Shown here: piece by piece, positions 37,204-45,962 of the stretch
Position numbering within the stretch: the stretch's first letter is position 1
Layout: each line of letters begins with the position of its first letter
Source: Candidatus Woesearchaeota archaeon
Lineage (GTDB): Archaea; Nanobdellota; Nanobdellia; Pacearchaeales; GW2011-AR1
Assembly (NCBI GenBank): GCA_964428325.1
Contig: CAYRXU010000004.1
Coordinates: 1 to 56,496 of the forward strand
Length of the DNA: 56,496 nucleotides
Reading direction: 5' to 3'
Program-made: the position numbers and the translations under genes
The notes under the pieces: model-generated
The model's database searches: none
The model's input: only the letters and a program-made list of their open reading frames with translations
What the model was told of the DNA's origin: nothing

Positions 37204-39681
37204 TCATCTCTTATTCTTAAGGAAATAAACAATCAGAGATATCACCACAACCAAAACAGCAACAATAACAGCCAACAAAAGAAAAGAATTGCTGCTTTCA
37301 TCTTGATCAAGTAATTCTTGTGTGACTGTTTGATTTTGGACAGGAGAAACAACAGGAGCTTGTTGAACGAAGATACGCGCTGTGCTACCTTGAACACCAT
37401 CATACCTAAGGATCAAATCTTTTTCACTGTCTCCGTCTAGATCAATATGTTCAGTGTTTCCTCGGCTTAATGTGATGTCCAAGGGGTCAGACCTAATTGT
37501 AATCGAAGCCGAATCAGCAGTGTAAGCATTGAGAATAATAGTATGTGAAACATTACGTACCTTGAATCGATAAACCCCATTAACATATAATGAACCAGTG
37601 TAACCTGAAGATAAATCCGATTCTGAAATAATCTGCGGGGCAAGTTCTCTTGCTCTCCTGGCCGCAGCCCCCCCACCAGTTTGTTCAGAATCATTTTCCT
37701 CAGTTGAATTATCTGATAAGGGAAGAGTGCCAAGAAAACTAAACAAATTACTGAAGATAGTTTCGCTAGTTTCACCAGTAGAAGTGGTCAAAGTCCAATT
37801 AAGATCGTAGGTCCCATTCTGTGTAGGAGTAAATTCATTATAAAATCCGTTATAGCTGAAACCCCTAAATGCTCGTTCATATACCAATTTAGCAATTATC
37901 ATTCTACCATCATCGTTAGGATGAATTCCATCAACATAGTAAGTCAAGTTCGCAGAACAGTTATTTGAATTCTTCAAAGTACTATTGAAAACATCAGCAT
38001 ATCCTTTTATTATTCCTGTCGCGTTAGGCCCTTCATAATGATTTCTCCAAGCCTCATTTATCTGATAAATCCTAGTACAAATACTTTCATTGAAATGTGG
38101 AGTAACACCAACTACATAGAGAGAAACATTTCTCTGGTAGGCCAAATCTACAATAGATGAAATATTAGCAAGGATGCTATCCATATCAAGAGTTGGAGTG
38201 TTAGCATCGTTGACACCGCAGTTCATCAAAGCCTTGGTATTGTTAGTAGAGTTCGCAACAAATGAAGCATACACCTGAGAACACTTATATCCCCCAACAG
38301 AGTATTGTAAGCTAGAATTCTGATAAAGATCTGTCTGAGTGTAACCATCTAAAAATCTAGGCCATGCGCCAGTATCCCCTTGGCCCATAATACTATCCCC
38401 GAACCTACCAGACCAATCTGAAGGATTAAAGAAACCGCGCCAAGTCTGATTACCTAAAAGCTGCCAAGAAGAAGTACTGCTAGTTCTATAATACAGCCTT
38501 GCTTGCAAAAGACTATTGTTTAAGATACCGATCGTATTGCCATAAAATGAGTTGGTAGGAAGTATGGCTGAATAAGACTTATTCACACCGTAGCCATAAG
38601 AATTATTACTAAAGCTGGAATTTACCTGATAAAAGTAAGGGCCTGAATTGAGGGCAGTAATAGTTCTCGTCTCTGTCGAGGTCACATTACCGCTCTGGTT
38701 TACCACATATGCAGTAAAGAACTTTGTTCCATTAGTCTGAGTAAAAATTGGAGAGCCTATAAAATCAGAATTCGCAGCAGAAGCATAATCATAGAGAGCA
38801 TTAATCTCTCCGGAAACTAGAGGTCTTGAGAACAACATGAATTCATCGTAATAAGCCTGAAAAGAAGGAATCCCTCCGAATGGATTTCCTATGTAAAAGC
38901 TGATACCTGAACGATTAATACAGTTTATAGGACCGCAAGACATTCTAAATGGAAAGTGATTGCCTCCTCTTAAAACACCATTAACATAGAGTTTTACATC
39001 CTCATTGTAATGTACTATGGCCACATGAGTCCAGGTTCCATTAGGCCATAAATAAGTGTTATTCTCAAGTCCAGGACTTCCGGACCTTAATACTAAACTG
39101 CTAATCGCTCCTCCTGCAGGTGCCCCATACGCCTGGTTTAGTCTTTGTCCATCGCCTGTTGTTGCATTGTTAAAACGCCAGTAAGTACCATTATAAGCTC
39201 CATTTATCGTGCCTGCAATTACTCCCCCGTCATTTGGGTAAAGGGGCATTAGCCATACAGATAGGGTATATCCCTTGTAAGGATCTATAATTCCAGAAAT
39301 ATTAGCAGGCAAGGTTAATTTAGCAAGAGAGTAGTTTAGAAGAAGAGATCCGTTTCCAAATTTGAATACGGCATTATTTAATGTAGCATTGCTCTGATTT
39401 GTAACTGTCAGCCCATAAGTAGACGAATCAACATAGTTTCCGTCAAACTTAAGCCATACGCGCAAATCTCTATTGAAATCTAGAAAACCGTATCCCCTAC
39501 TAGAATCATCAAAGGACTCCTGGCCCCAACCTACCACAATAGGAACAGAAGTATTTGAAGCATTTGTAGGGGTAGAAGAATCAAATGTCGGTGCAAATGC
39601 AGCACTTGCGTTTGACAAAGAGAAAACAATAGCTAGAAATAACAAAAATGTAAACTTCTCGCCTCTTCTCTTCATTTTCAC
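37204..39681 (-). CDS. Surface protein: LamG/ConA-like domain + SGNH/GDSL hydrolase + DLDGD module + C-terminal TM
   Basis: WTHVAIV...LYVNG...DEFMLFSRPL; FGDSI, GVND, DGIHP. Confidence 0.8.
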   Translation of the reverse strand: MKMKRRGEKFTFLLFLAIVFSLSNASAAFAPTFDSSTPTNASNTSVPIVVGWGQESFDDSSRGYGFLDFNRDLRVWLKFDGNYVDSSTYGLTVTNQSNATLNNAVFKFGNGSLLLNYSLAKLTLPANISGIIDPYKGYTLSVWLMPLYPNDGGVIAGTINGAYNGTYWRFNNATTGDGQRLNQAYGAPAGGAISSLVLRSGSPGLENNTYLWPNGTWTHVAIVHYNEDVKLYVNGVLRGGNHFPFRMSCGPINCINRSGISFYIGNPFGGIPSFQAYYDEFMLFSRPLVSGEINALYDYASAANSDFIGSPIFTQTNGTKFFTAYVVNQSGNVTSTETRTITALNSGPYFYQVNSSFSNNSYGYGVNKSYSAILPTNSFYGNTIGILNNSLLQARLYYRTSSTSSWQLLGNQTWRGFFNPSDWSGRFGDSIMGQGDTGAWPRFLDGYTQTDLYQNSSLQYSVGGYKCSQVYASFVANSTNNTKALMNCGVNDANTPTLDMDSILANISSIVDLAYQRNVSLYVVGVTPHFNESICTRIYQINEAWRNHYEGPNATGIIKGYADVFNSTLKNSNNCSANLTYYVDGIHPNDDGRMIIAKLVYERAFRGFSYNGFYNEFTPTQNGTYDLNWTLTTSTGETSETIFSNLFSFLGTLPLSDNSTEENDSEQTGGGAAARRARELAPQIISESDLSSGYTGSLYVNGVYRFKVRNVSHTIILNAYTADSASITIRSDPLDITLSRGNTEHIDLDGDSEKDLILRYDGVQGSTARIFVQQAPVVSPVQNQTVTQELLDQDESSNSFLLLAVIVAVLVVVISLIVYFLKNKR

Positions 39682-39775
39682 AGAAGACCATACTCCTATT
39701 TAAACATGACCCCTAAATTAGAAGTCCAACCTTAATCCATAATAATTCCCAAGCTAGAAACCGATAAAATAATTA

Positions 39776-39848
39776 AGCCTCTGCCGTGATTTGAACACGG
39801 GACCTCAACATTACCAATGTTGCGCTCTAACCGCTGAGCTACAGAGGC
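39776..39848 (-). tRNA. tRNA-Thr(GGT)
   Basis: GCCTCTG...CAGAGGC acceptor; anticodon arm CAACA-TTGGTAA-TGTTG. Confidence 0.95.
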
Positions 39849-39880
39849 ATACACGTTTACTATAAATTCGCTATAAAAAT

Positions 39881-40117
39881 CTATCTTAATCCTTCAACAG
39901 TCTTATTCACGCCGAACTCAGAGTCAGGCAGCCATTCAGCACGTACAACATACCCAGTCAAATAAATTGCCTTATCATAAAACCCAGAAAGCCACGATAA
40001 GTACAAATTGAAGAAAACTTCTCTATCTTGAGAATCATGTAATGCGAGAGCATTATTACTAATGATAAGCAAAGCGGAAAGTACCAGTACCTTAACTAGA
40101 ATAATCGAGCTCTTCAT
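39881..40117 (-). CDS. Small secreted hypothetical protein
   Basis: Signal-like N-terminus; coupled to the upstream gene. Confidence 0.5.
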   Translation of the reverse strand: MKSSIILVKVLVLSALLIISNNALALHDSQDREVFFNLYLSWLSGFYDKAIYLTGYVVRAEWLPDSEFGVNKTVEGLR

Positions 40118-40416
40118 CGTCCGATAGTAGAATTACTCAAGCTCCAATCAAGATTAACAGCATGTCCAGTAATCTCTGCGAAATTACCAAAGAAAGCTCC
40201 AAGCCAACTCAAGTAGACCTTGCCAAAAGATACAAATCCATCAAAAGAGCTGAAGTTCGGCTCACTCACTGCGCCAACATAAATGACAGTAAATACAAAA
40301 AAGAGTGCCGCGCCAACAAGTACATACGACCACACGTTCTGTCCAATGTTCGTCGCCTTAACAAACACAACAAGAGCTACAAAAATCAACACTAAAAGTA
40401 TCCATCCAACAGCCAT
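40114..40416 (-). CDS. Small membrane protein
   Basis: Two TMs; ITGHAV near the C-terminus. Confidence 0.6.
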   Translation of the reverse strand: MAVGWILLVLIFVALVVFVKATNIGQNVWSYVLVGAALFFVFTVIYVGAVSEPNFSSFDGFVSFGKVYLSWLGAFFGNFAEITGHAVNLDWSLSNSTIGR

Positions 40417-40490
40417 ACAGAAAACTAGGCGATTTTCTATAAATAGCTTTCGGGCAACATTTTTAAGCCCTCAAAAACACCCATAACCAT

Positions 40491-40563
40491 AGCCCCGTCG
40501 TATAGTGGTCAAGTATAATGGCCTCTGGCGCCGTAGACCCCGGTTCGAATCCGGGCGGGGCTA
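40491..40563 (+). tRNA. tRNA-Gln(CTG)
   Basis: AGCCCCG...CGGGGCT acceptor; anticodon arm ATGGC-CTCTGGC-GCCGT. Confidence 0.95.
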
Positions 40564-40676
40564 TCTCATTTTCCGCAGCGAGTCTCCGAACCAGTTGAGG
40601 AGATAAGAGCAAGAGAAAATTGAGATTAGTTATCTCATACACAAATACTTAAAAACCAGTAAAGGGTAAATCTCTC

Positions 40677-41006
40677 ATGGTAGCAGACACACCAATTCAA
40701 TCTAAAGGCGATATACGCGAACAGCAAGCTTACCTTGCGAGACTATTTAACGACAAAGGCGATCGCTTAGGGCCTGGTTCCGAAGTACATTTGTTTAATA
40801 TTCCATTTACCTCTGCTAGAGAAAGGCTCGCATATCTCGAAAGATTGCCTCCAAAATTGGAGCAAGATAGCTTGATACAGGGCGGAGAAGATAAAAATAG
40901 CCCAACTTATCTTGCAAGAAAGCGAAATGATCAGAGAACATACGAAGATCAGATGAAAGCAGTAAAAACAGCTCTTGCTTGGATAACGCCAGCAAAACAA
41001 AGATAA
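40677..41006 (+). CDS. Hypothetical protein
   Basis: 109 aa; TTAAAA upstream. Confidence 0.55.
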   Translation: MVADTPIQSKGDIREQQAYLARLFNDKGDRLGPGSEVHLFNIPFTSARERLAYLERLPPKLEQDSLIQGGEDKNSPTYLARKRNDQRTYEDQMKAVKTALAWITPAKQR

Positions 41007-41056
41007 TTTTTAGTTAATCACAACCCTTTTAAACCATTTAACTTTCTCATCGTCAG

Positions 41057-41223
41057 GCCTTTGTAGTCTAGTGGTCAAGGACGACGCCCTCTCGAACGCC
41101 GAGCTGCTATATCGCTGAGATTATGCACTCAGTCCATCTTGGACAGGCATTCCTATTTCGGGTTTGCATCTCGCAAACCCTTGGAGAACGGCGTAAACCC
41201 GGGTTCGAATCCCGGCAAGGGCA
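41057..41223 (+). tRNA. tRNA-Glu(CTC) with a 94-nt intron at 37/38 (41095-41188)
   Basis: GCCTTTG/CAAGGGC acceptor; exons match the tRNA-Glu at 1-54; CTCT/GGAG central helix with 3-nt bulges (BHB-like). Confidence 0.9.
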
Positions 41224-41284
41224 GTTTACCGACGGGTCATTTTTGATGGGATATAGGCTATTTTTTGGCGATTTTGACGGGACT

Positions 41285-41782
41285 TTAAATAAAAGAAATA
41301 GTACGCTCAATTTTAGAGACGAGAGCTTCTTTTTGAGAATGGGATAATTTATTCTTGATTACCTCAGTTTCAACAAGGAGATGAATAATTTCATGTTGCA
41401 AAACATTCACAAATGGCTTATTTATCTGATTCCCTGCAACATTAACAATAACCTTATTAGGCAATACATACGAACCTCCAACCCCATAAAAAGTAATAAT
41501 TAGTTCTATTTTTTCAGGAAGCGCTTTGCTAAAAAATTTCTCTAAATTGGATAAGAACCTTTCTCGAATATCCTTAAATTCAAGAAGGAGTTTTTCTCCA
41601 AGACGTTTATATTTTTCAGAATCAAAATGAGTATCAACAAAAGACCTAATAGCTTCTTCATCGTAAGGAATATTTGGAAGGAGGGGCCTATATCCGTGAT
41701 GAGAATACCAGCCAATTTTATCATAAGTTTGTTTAATTCGGTTAACCTCAAAATGCTTGTTATACTTTAATTTTAACAACAT
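41285..41782 (-). CDS. HExxH-motif protein (putative zinc metallopeptidase)
   Basis: LQHEIIHL; probable ATG at 41782 with a TATA box at 41804-41809. Confidence 0.55.
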   Translation of the reverse strand: MLLKLKYNKHFEVNRIKQTYDKIGWYSHHGYRPLLPNIPYDEEAIRSFVDTHFDSEKYKRLGEKLLLEFKDIRERFLSNLEKFFSKALPEKIELIITFYGVGGSYVLPNKVIVNVAGNQINKPFVNVLQHEIIHLLVETEVIKNKLSHSQKEALVSKIERTISFI

Positions 41783-41811
41783 GAAATAAAATATCAAATC
41801 AGATATAAATA

Positions 41812-42153
41812 CTAATCGAATCCGCTAGGCCCAAGAGTTCTCAAAATATGTTTAATCTCTTCGATCACTTTTTGTTGATCTTTCTTGTTCGACATTCGAA
41901 CAAACCGCATCAATAAATCAGTTAATGTCTCTTGACTAAAAACGCGGATTTTACGCGCGTCGGTAATAAAATAAAATCGGTACCCTTCGTAACGTAACTC
42001 CTTAATCTCAATCCCACCAACATGCCCCAGAGCCTTTCCTTTATTAGGCGAACCTTCAAGCGACTTTAAATGTCGAAGTACATTAACAGAATTGCCTTTG
42101 AAATGTTTATTAATTTCCTCTTCTAAAGAAGGAACAATCTCTACCGAGACCAT
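41812..42153 (-). CDS. RelE/ParE-like toxin
   Basis: LEGSPNKGKAL...IKELRYEGYRFYF; downstream of a small antitoxin-like gene. Confidence 0.65.
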   Translation of the reverse strand: MVSVEIVPSLEEEINKHFKGNSVNVLRHLKSLEGSPNKGKALGHVGGIEIKELRYEGYRFYFITDARKIRVFSQETLTDLLMRFVRMSNKKDQQKVIEEIKHILRTLGPSGFD

Positions 42154-42341
42154 CGTTTTTTAGCTCGAGCTATAGCTTCATCAATGGGGATAGCATCTCC
42201 CTCAAACAAAAATTGCCGTAACTGCTCCTTAACTGCCATTGAGTAAATGCGATTAATGATATCATCGTAGGAATCTCCTTTAGTACCGAATGACTGAAGT
42301 TTTTCCTTAGTGCTTTCATCAACTTGTATAGTAGTTACCAT
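42141..42341 (-). CDS. Small RHH-like antitoxin (probable ATG at 42341)
   Basis: TTIQVDESTKEKL...SYDDIINRI; overlaps the toxin start. Confidence 0.7.
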   Translation of the reverse strand: MVTTIQVDESTKEKLQSFGTKGDSYDDIINRIYSMAVKEQLRQFLFEGDAIPIDEAIARAKKRWSR

Positions 42342-42448
42342 AGTACCTATAGCCACTACATCCGCGATAGTATATAAATTTTTCGCTTCTTGACCACGCC
42401 TCGACAATCCTTATAAATCAAGCCAGTCTTTACAAAACTGTAAGCTCG

Positions 42449-42494
42449 AATGCCCACTAAAATCGCAGGATAGGGTATTGCTCGACAAGGGCAT
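42449..42494 (+). repeat. Right-end motif plus attR of the mini-element
   Basis: Ungapped 37/46 match to 18426-18471; AATGCCCACTAAAATCGC is the exact reverse complement of 67-84. Confidence 0.85.
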
Positions 42495-42571
42495 AAACTT
42501 TACATAGGTTAAGATAACCTCATAAACTCAAAGAGGAAAGAATATTTATAACCTAATTTGTAAAAACAAGC

Positions 42572-43264
42572 GTGAAATTTACAAGAAGAGCGTTATTAAC
42601 CGCATCATTAATTGGCGCTGGCACAATAACTTTCTATCTAACCAGTGAAAAAAATATCCCTCGTCCAGAGAGTTATACCTTTTCTCCAGAAGACATGAGC
42701 CTTCTTGAACAATCTACTAGAATATATGCAAGAACTCTCAAGGTGATTCCAGAATATAAGCCGTATACAGAATCTGAAAAGCAAGAATTCAGAGCGTTCC
42801 TAAAAGAAAGAAATATATCTCCAGATTCAGCACAATTTCCAGAAATATCCTACTCATTTTCATCAGTCAATTCTAATTTAGATAAATTAGAAAGAAGCCT
42901 TGGAAACTCAGACCCTGCATTTAGTAGGTTTCTCTCAGAAAAAGAGAAAGAAAGAATGGGGATTGCAATTCCAGCCATCTATTTTATTGCAGATCAAAAC
43001 CCTCCCGATCTTGTAATTACAAGATCTGAAGCGGCAACCGTAGGACAGGCCCTGATTGATGCTAAACTTATTCAATTTGGAGCTGAACTAAAGAATTACG
43101 ACCAAAAGACATTAGCAGAAGGATTAGGAATAACAGAAATCGAACTAGAGCGAAGAATCAAGGATTACCGCAGAACATACTTGCGAAGCAAAGAACTTCC
43201 ATGGAGCAGTAGTTCTCTTCCAGATTTAGAAAAGACTTTCAAGCACCTCAGGAAAAAGGACTAG
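42572..43264 (+). CDS. Hypothetical exported protein
   Basis: RR plus hydrophobic N-terminus; GTG start. Confidence 0.6.
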   Translation: MKFTRRALLTASLIGAGTITFYLTSEKNIPRPESYTFSPEDMSLLEQSTRIYARTLKVIPEYKPYTESEKQEFRAFLKERNISPDSAQFPEISYSFSSVNSNLDKLERSLGNSDPAFSRFLSEKEKERMGIAIPAIYFIADQNPPDLVITRSEAATVGQALIDAKLIQFGAELKNYDQKTLAEGLGITEIELERRIKDYRRTYLRSKELPWSSSSLPDLEKTFKHLRKKD

Positions 43265-43279
43265 AAACAAATAGAAATA

Positions 43280-43873
43280 CTAATATCCATTCCCATTGAA
43301 TCTATTTACCAAAAGTTTGCCAAGATAATATGCAGAACCAAACACAACTATCCCTGGCAGAAGCGCAAGTCCCAGACTTGGAACAAGTAAACCCACCCCA
43401 ACAGTGCCTAAAGTTCCTGCTCCAATAGATTCGAGAAATTCAACGGCCCCCCTTACAGATTTCTCCACGTTTCTTTGCAAAGCATCGATCTGCATTATTA
43501 TTTTTCCACCCTTAAAGATTCTAAGCTTCTTGTCCTCTTCAGATACCAGAACAACAAAATTCCCTCCGATAGATGCGCTCAATGCGGCACTATGTCTTGT
43601 ACCAAACCCTCTGAAAGTCTGCTTGGTTTTTATCATTACTCCATACGCTCGCATCATTCCGGCACGGTCAATGACAACTGCCCCATCAATCAAAGCCAGG
43701 GATTCAAGCAGTTTTAAGTTATCGAGAACCATAAAAGAGGGAACGCTCTGTTCAACAAGAGGTTCATAATCCACATCACCCACGACAAAAATAGCCCCTT
43801 CTGATCTTTTGGCTATCCTCAAACCTACCTGAATTAACGACTCCTCAAGTTTTTTCTGAAAGATTGCATACAC
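43280..43873 (-). CDS. Diadenylate cyclase (DAC-domain) protein with hydrophobic C-terminus; start uncertain
   Basis: IDGAVVI, GTRHSAA; in-frame GTG at 43873 or out-of-frame ATG at 43869. Confidence 0.85.
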   Translation of the reverse strand: MYAIFQKKLEESLIQVGLRIAKRSEGAIFVVGDVDYEPLVEQSVPSFMVLDNLKLLESLALIDGAVVIDRAGMMRAYGVMIKTKQTFRGFGTRHSAALSASIGGNFVVLVSEEDKKLRIFKGGKIIMQIDALQRNVEKSVRGAVEFLESIGAGTLGTVGVGLLVPSLGLALLPGIVVFGSAYYLGKLLVNRFNGNGY

Positions 43874-43952
43874 AATAGTATTTTTACAAGTTTTAAACAT
43901 TGTGAAACAAAACAGTATAAAAATATATAAGCAGCCGCGGCATATTGCAATT

Positions 43953-45083
43953 ATGGAAGAAATAAAAACAGAGGTGTTGGCAAATAGCATACCAATCCCA
44001 ATTGTTGATGACGATAAAAAAGAAGTGCAGCAAACAATTATCCAGCTTCCCGACTACAATCAAAAGCTCACCGACGAAGAAATCGTCGACATCTTGCGCG
44101 TGGTTGCGCCAGGTACAAATCTTCGCACAGCACTTGAAGGCGTAGTTAAAATAGGAAAGGGTGCGTTAATTGTTGTAGAAAATGAATTCACTCCTTCGCT
44201 CATTGATGGAGGATTCAAACTCAACTGCAGGTTCACGCCACAACGCCTAATGGAACTCTCAAAAATGGACGGAGCCATAATCCTTTCCGCCGATATGAAA
44301 AAAATCATGCACGCTAACGTTCTTCTCACCCCAGATAGCCGAATCCCAACAAACGAAACAGGAACGCGTCACAAAGCAGCCGAGCGTACAGCACGTATGG
44401 CAGGTTCACTTGTGATTGCAGTCTCAGAAAGAAAACACGAGACAACAGTCTATTACAAAAATTTGCGAAGAACCTTACTCAACAGCAGCGAACTATTGAG
44501 AAAAACAAATGAACATATCCAACTTCTTGAAAAACAAAGAGAATTATTCGACAGCAGTATAGAGCACCTAACAAAGATAGAAATGCGCAATTATCCAAGT
44601 TTAGACGCAGCCATGCAAGTAGTTCAAAAAGGATACGCCATACAAAAGATCGCAGAAGATATTCAACGTAGCCTAATAGAGTTAGGAAAAGAGGGTTCGC
44701 TACTGAAAACAAGACTCAAAGAACTTCTTACAGACGTCAGAGAAGAAACCGAACTCGTTATAAAAGACTACACCAAACTAGATGTCAAAAAATCACGCAC
44801 ACTTCTTCAATCACTTACTTATGAAGAACTACTCGATAAAGAAAACATCATCAAATCACTGGCTTACGAAGACCATTTACAACACAAGCAAATCAAGGGT
44901 TGGCGCGTACTTAACAAAACCTCTCTCGCCGAATCAGAAATCGCTCTACTAATTAAGGAAGCCGGTACTCTAGGTAAGGCCCTCAATTCACAATTAGGAT
45001 TTTACAAAACAATTCTGGGCAATGAGCGTGGTGCAGCCATAAAAGAAGAGATAGAGCTTATCAAGCTACACGATTCTTTCTAA
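43953..45083 (+). CDS. disA: DNA integrity scanning diadenylate cyclase DisA
   Basis: APGTNLRTALE, MELSKMDGAIIL, ETGTRHKAAERTA, linker and degenerate HhH; ATG at 43953 is 29 nt from a TATA box. Confidence 0.9.
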   Translation: MEEIKTEVLANSIPIPIVDDDKKEVQQTIIQLPDYNQKLTDEEIVDILRVVAPGTNLRTALEGVVKIGKGALIVVENEFTPSLIDGGFKLNCRFTPQRLMELSKMDGAIILSADMKKIMHANVLLTPDSRIPTNETGTRHKAAERTARMAGSLVIAVSERKHETTVYYKNLRRTLLNSSELLRKTNEHIQLLEKQRELFDSSIEHLTKIEMRNYPSLDAAMQVVQKGYAIQKIAEDIQRSLIELGKEGSLLKTRLKELLTDVREETELVIKDYTKLDVKKSRTLLQSLTYEELLDKENIIKSLAYEDHLQHKQIKGWRVLNKTSLAESEIALLIKEAGTLGKALNSQLGFYKTILGNERGAAIKEEIELIKLHDSF

Positions 45084-45844
45084 GCAGATTGTAGAGAAAT
45101 CTTACCATGTTGCCAATCACGCAATATCTGAATGGCGGTTCTTCGGTAATCTAATTCCTTATTCTTCTTTAGATATTTCCTCTTCTCACCTATAGCCATA
45201 AACAAATCATTCTCGTCACCCTCCGCACTAACCCCATAATGCTTAGCATACGCTTTCAGGTAATGCTCGCGCATATAACGCAAGAGCGTCACAGCCGCAC
45301 GTTCAGGCAATTTAAGTTTCTCAGGATCGCGTGCACTCATAAGCGCGATACGTGCTTCATCATTCACAGCAACTGGAATCACCCCAGGACTATCCATGAT
45401 GCGTAAACCTCCTGCAGAAATCCATTGGATCCCTCGAGTCGTACCAGCATGTGGAGATACCTTGGCCTTCGCGCGCTTAGCAAGAGCATTAATCACTGAA
45501 GATTTGCCTACATTGGGATATCCAACAAAACAAACACGAGGATCTTCATATCCAAATTTCTTGCCAACAACATAAAGCTTCTCCTTGAGAACGCGCATGC
45601 CGAGATTTTCTCTACCAGACACAAACACACATTTCTCCCCCCCTAGCTCTTTCTGCAAGGCCTCAACCCGATCGCGATCAACAAGATCAGACTTATTCAC
45701 AACAAAAAGAAGCGGTTTCTTGTACCTGGCAGTAAGTTCCTCTATATCCCGACTGCGCGAAAGCTCGGGCAAACGCGCATCTAGCACTTCAACTACTATA
45801 TCCGCTTCCTTGATTGCAGTTTGTACACTATACCAGAATTGCAT
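45080..45844 (-). CDS. RbgA/YlqF-family circularly permuted GTPase
   Basis: VLDAR, NKSD, GYPNVGKSS, TTRG, DSPG. Confidence 0.92.
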   Translation of the reverse strand: MQFWYSVQTAIKEADIVVEVLDARLPELSRSRDIEELTARYKKPLLFVVNKSDLVDRDRVEALQKELGGEKCVFVSGRENLGMRVLKEKLYVVGKKFGYEDPRVCFVGYPNVGKSSVINALAKRAKAKVSPHAGTTRGIQWISAGGLRIMDSPGVIPVAVNDEARIALMSARDPEKLKLPERAAVTLLRYMREHYLKAYAKHYGVSAEGDENDLFMAIGEKRKYLKKNKELDYRRTAIQILRDWQHGKISLQSA

Positions 45845-45962
45845 ATCGAGAATAGCAAAATAGGCCTTATAAGCATTCCCAACAAAGAGTTTAAAAACCA
45901 CTTTTTCCCCTACACACTATGAAACGATCCTCACGACGCTGGAAAAAGAAGCGCCAAATGAG

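Larger units (their letters stand above)
41213..42493. mobile_element. 1.3-kb non-autonomous integrative mini-element at tRNA-Glu(CTC)
   Basis: CGGCAAGGGCA (tRNA end) versus CGACAAGGGCA (42483-42493); right end 37/46 identical to the right end of the large element; no integrase. Confidence 0.75.
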
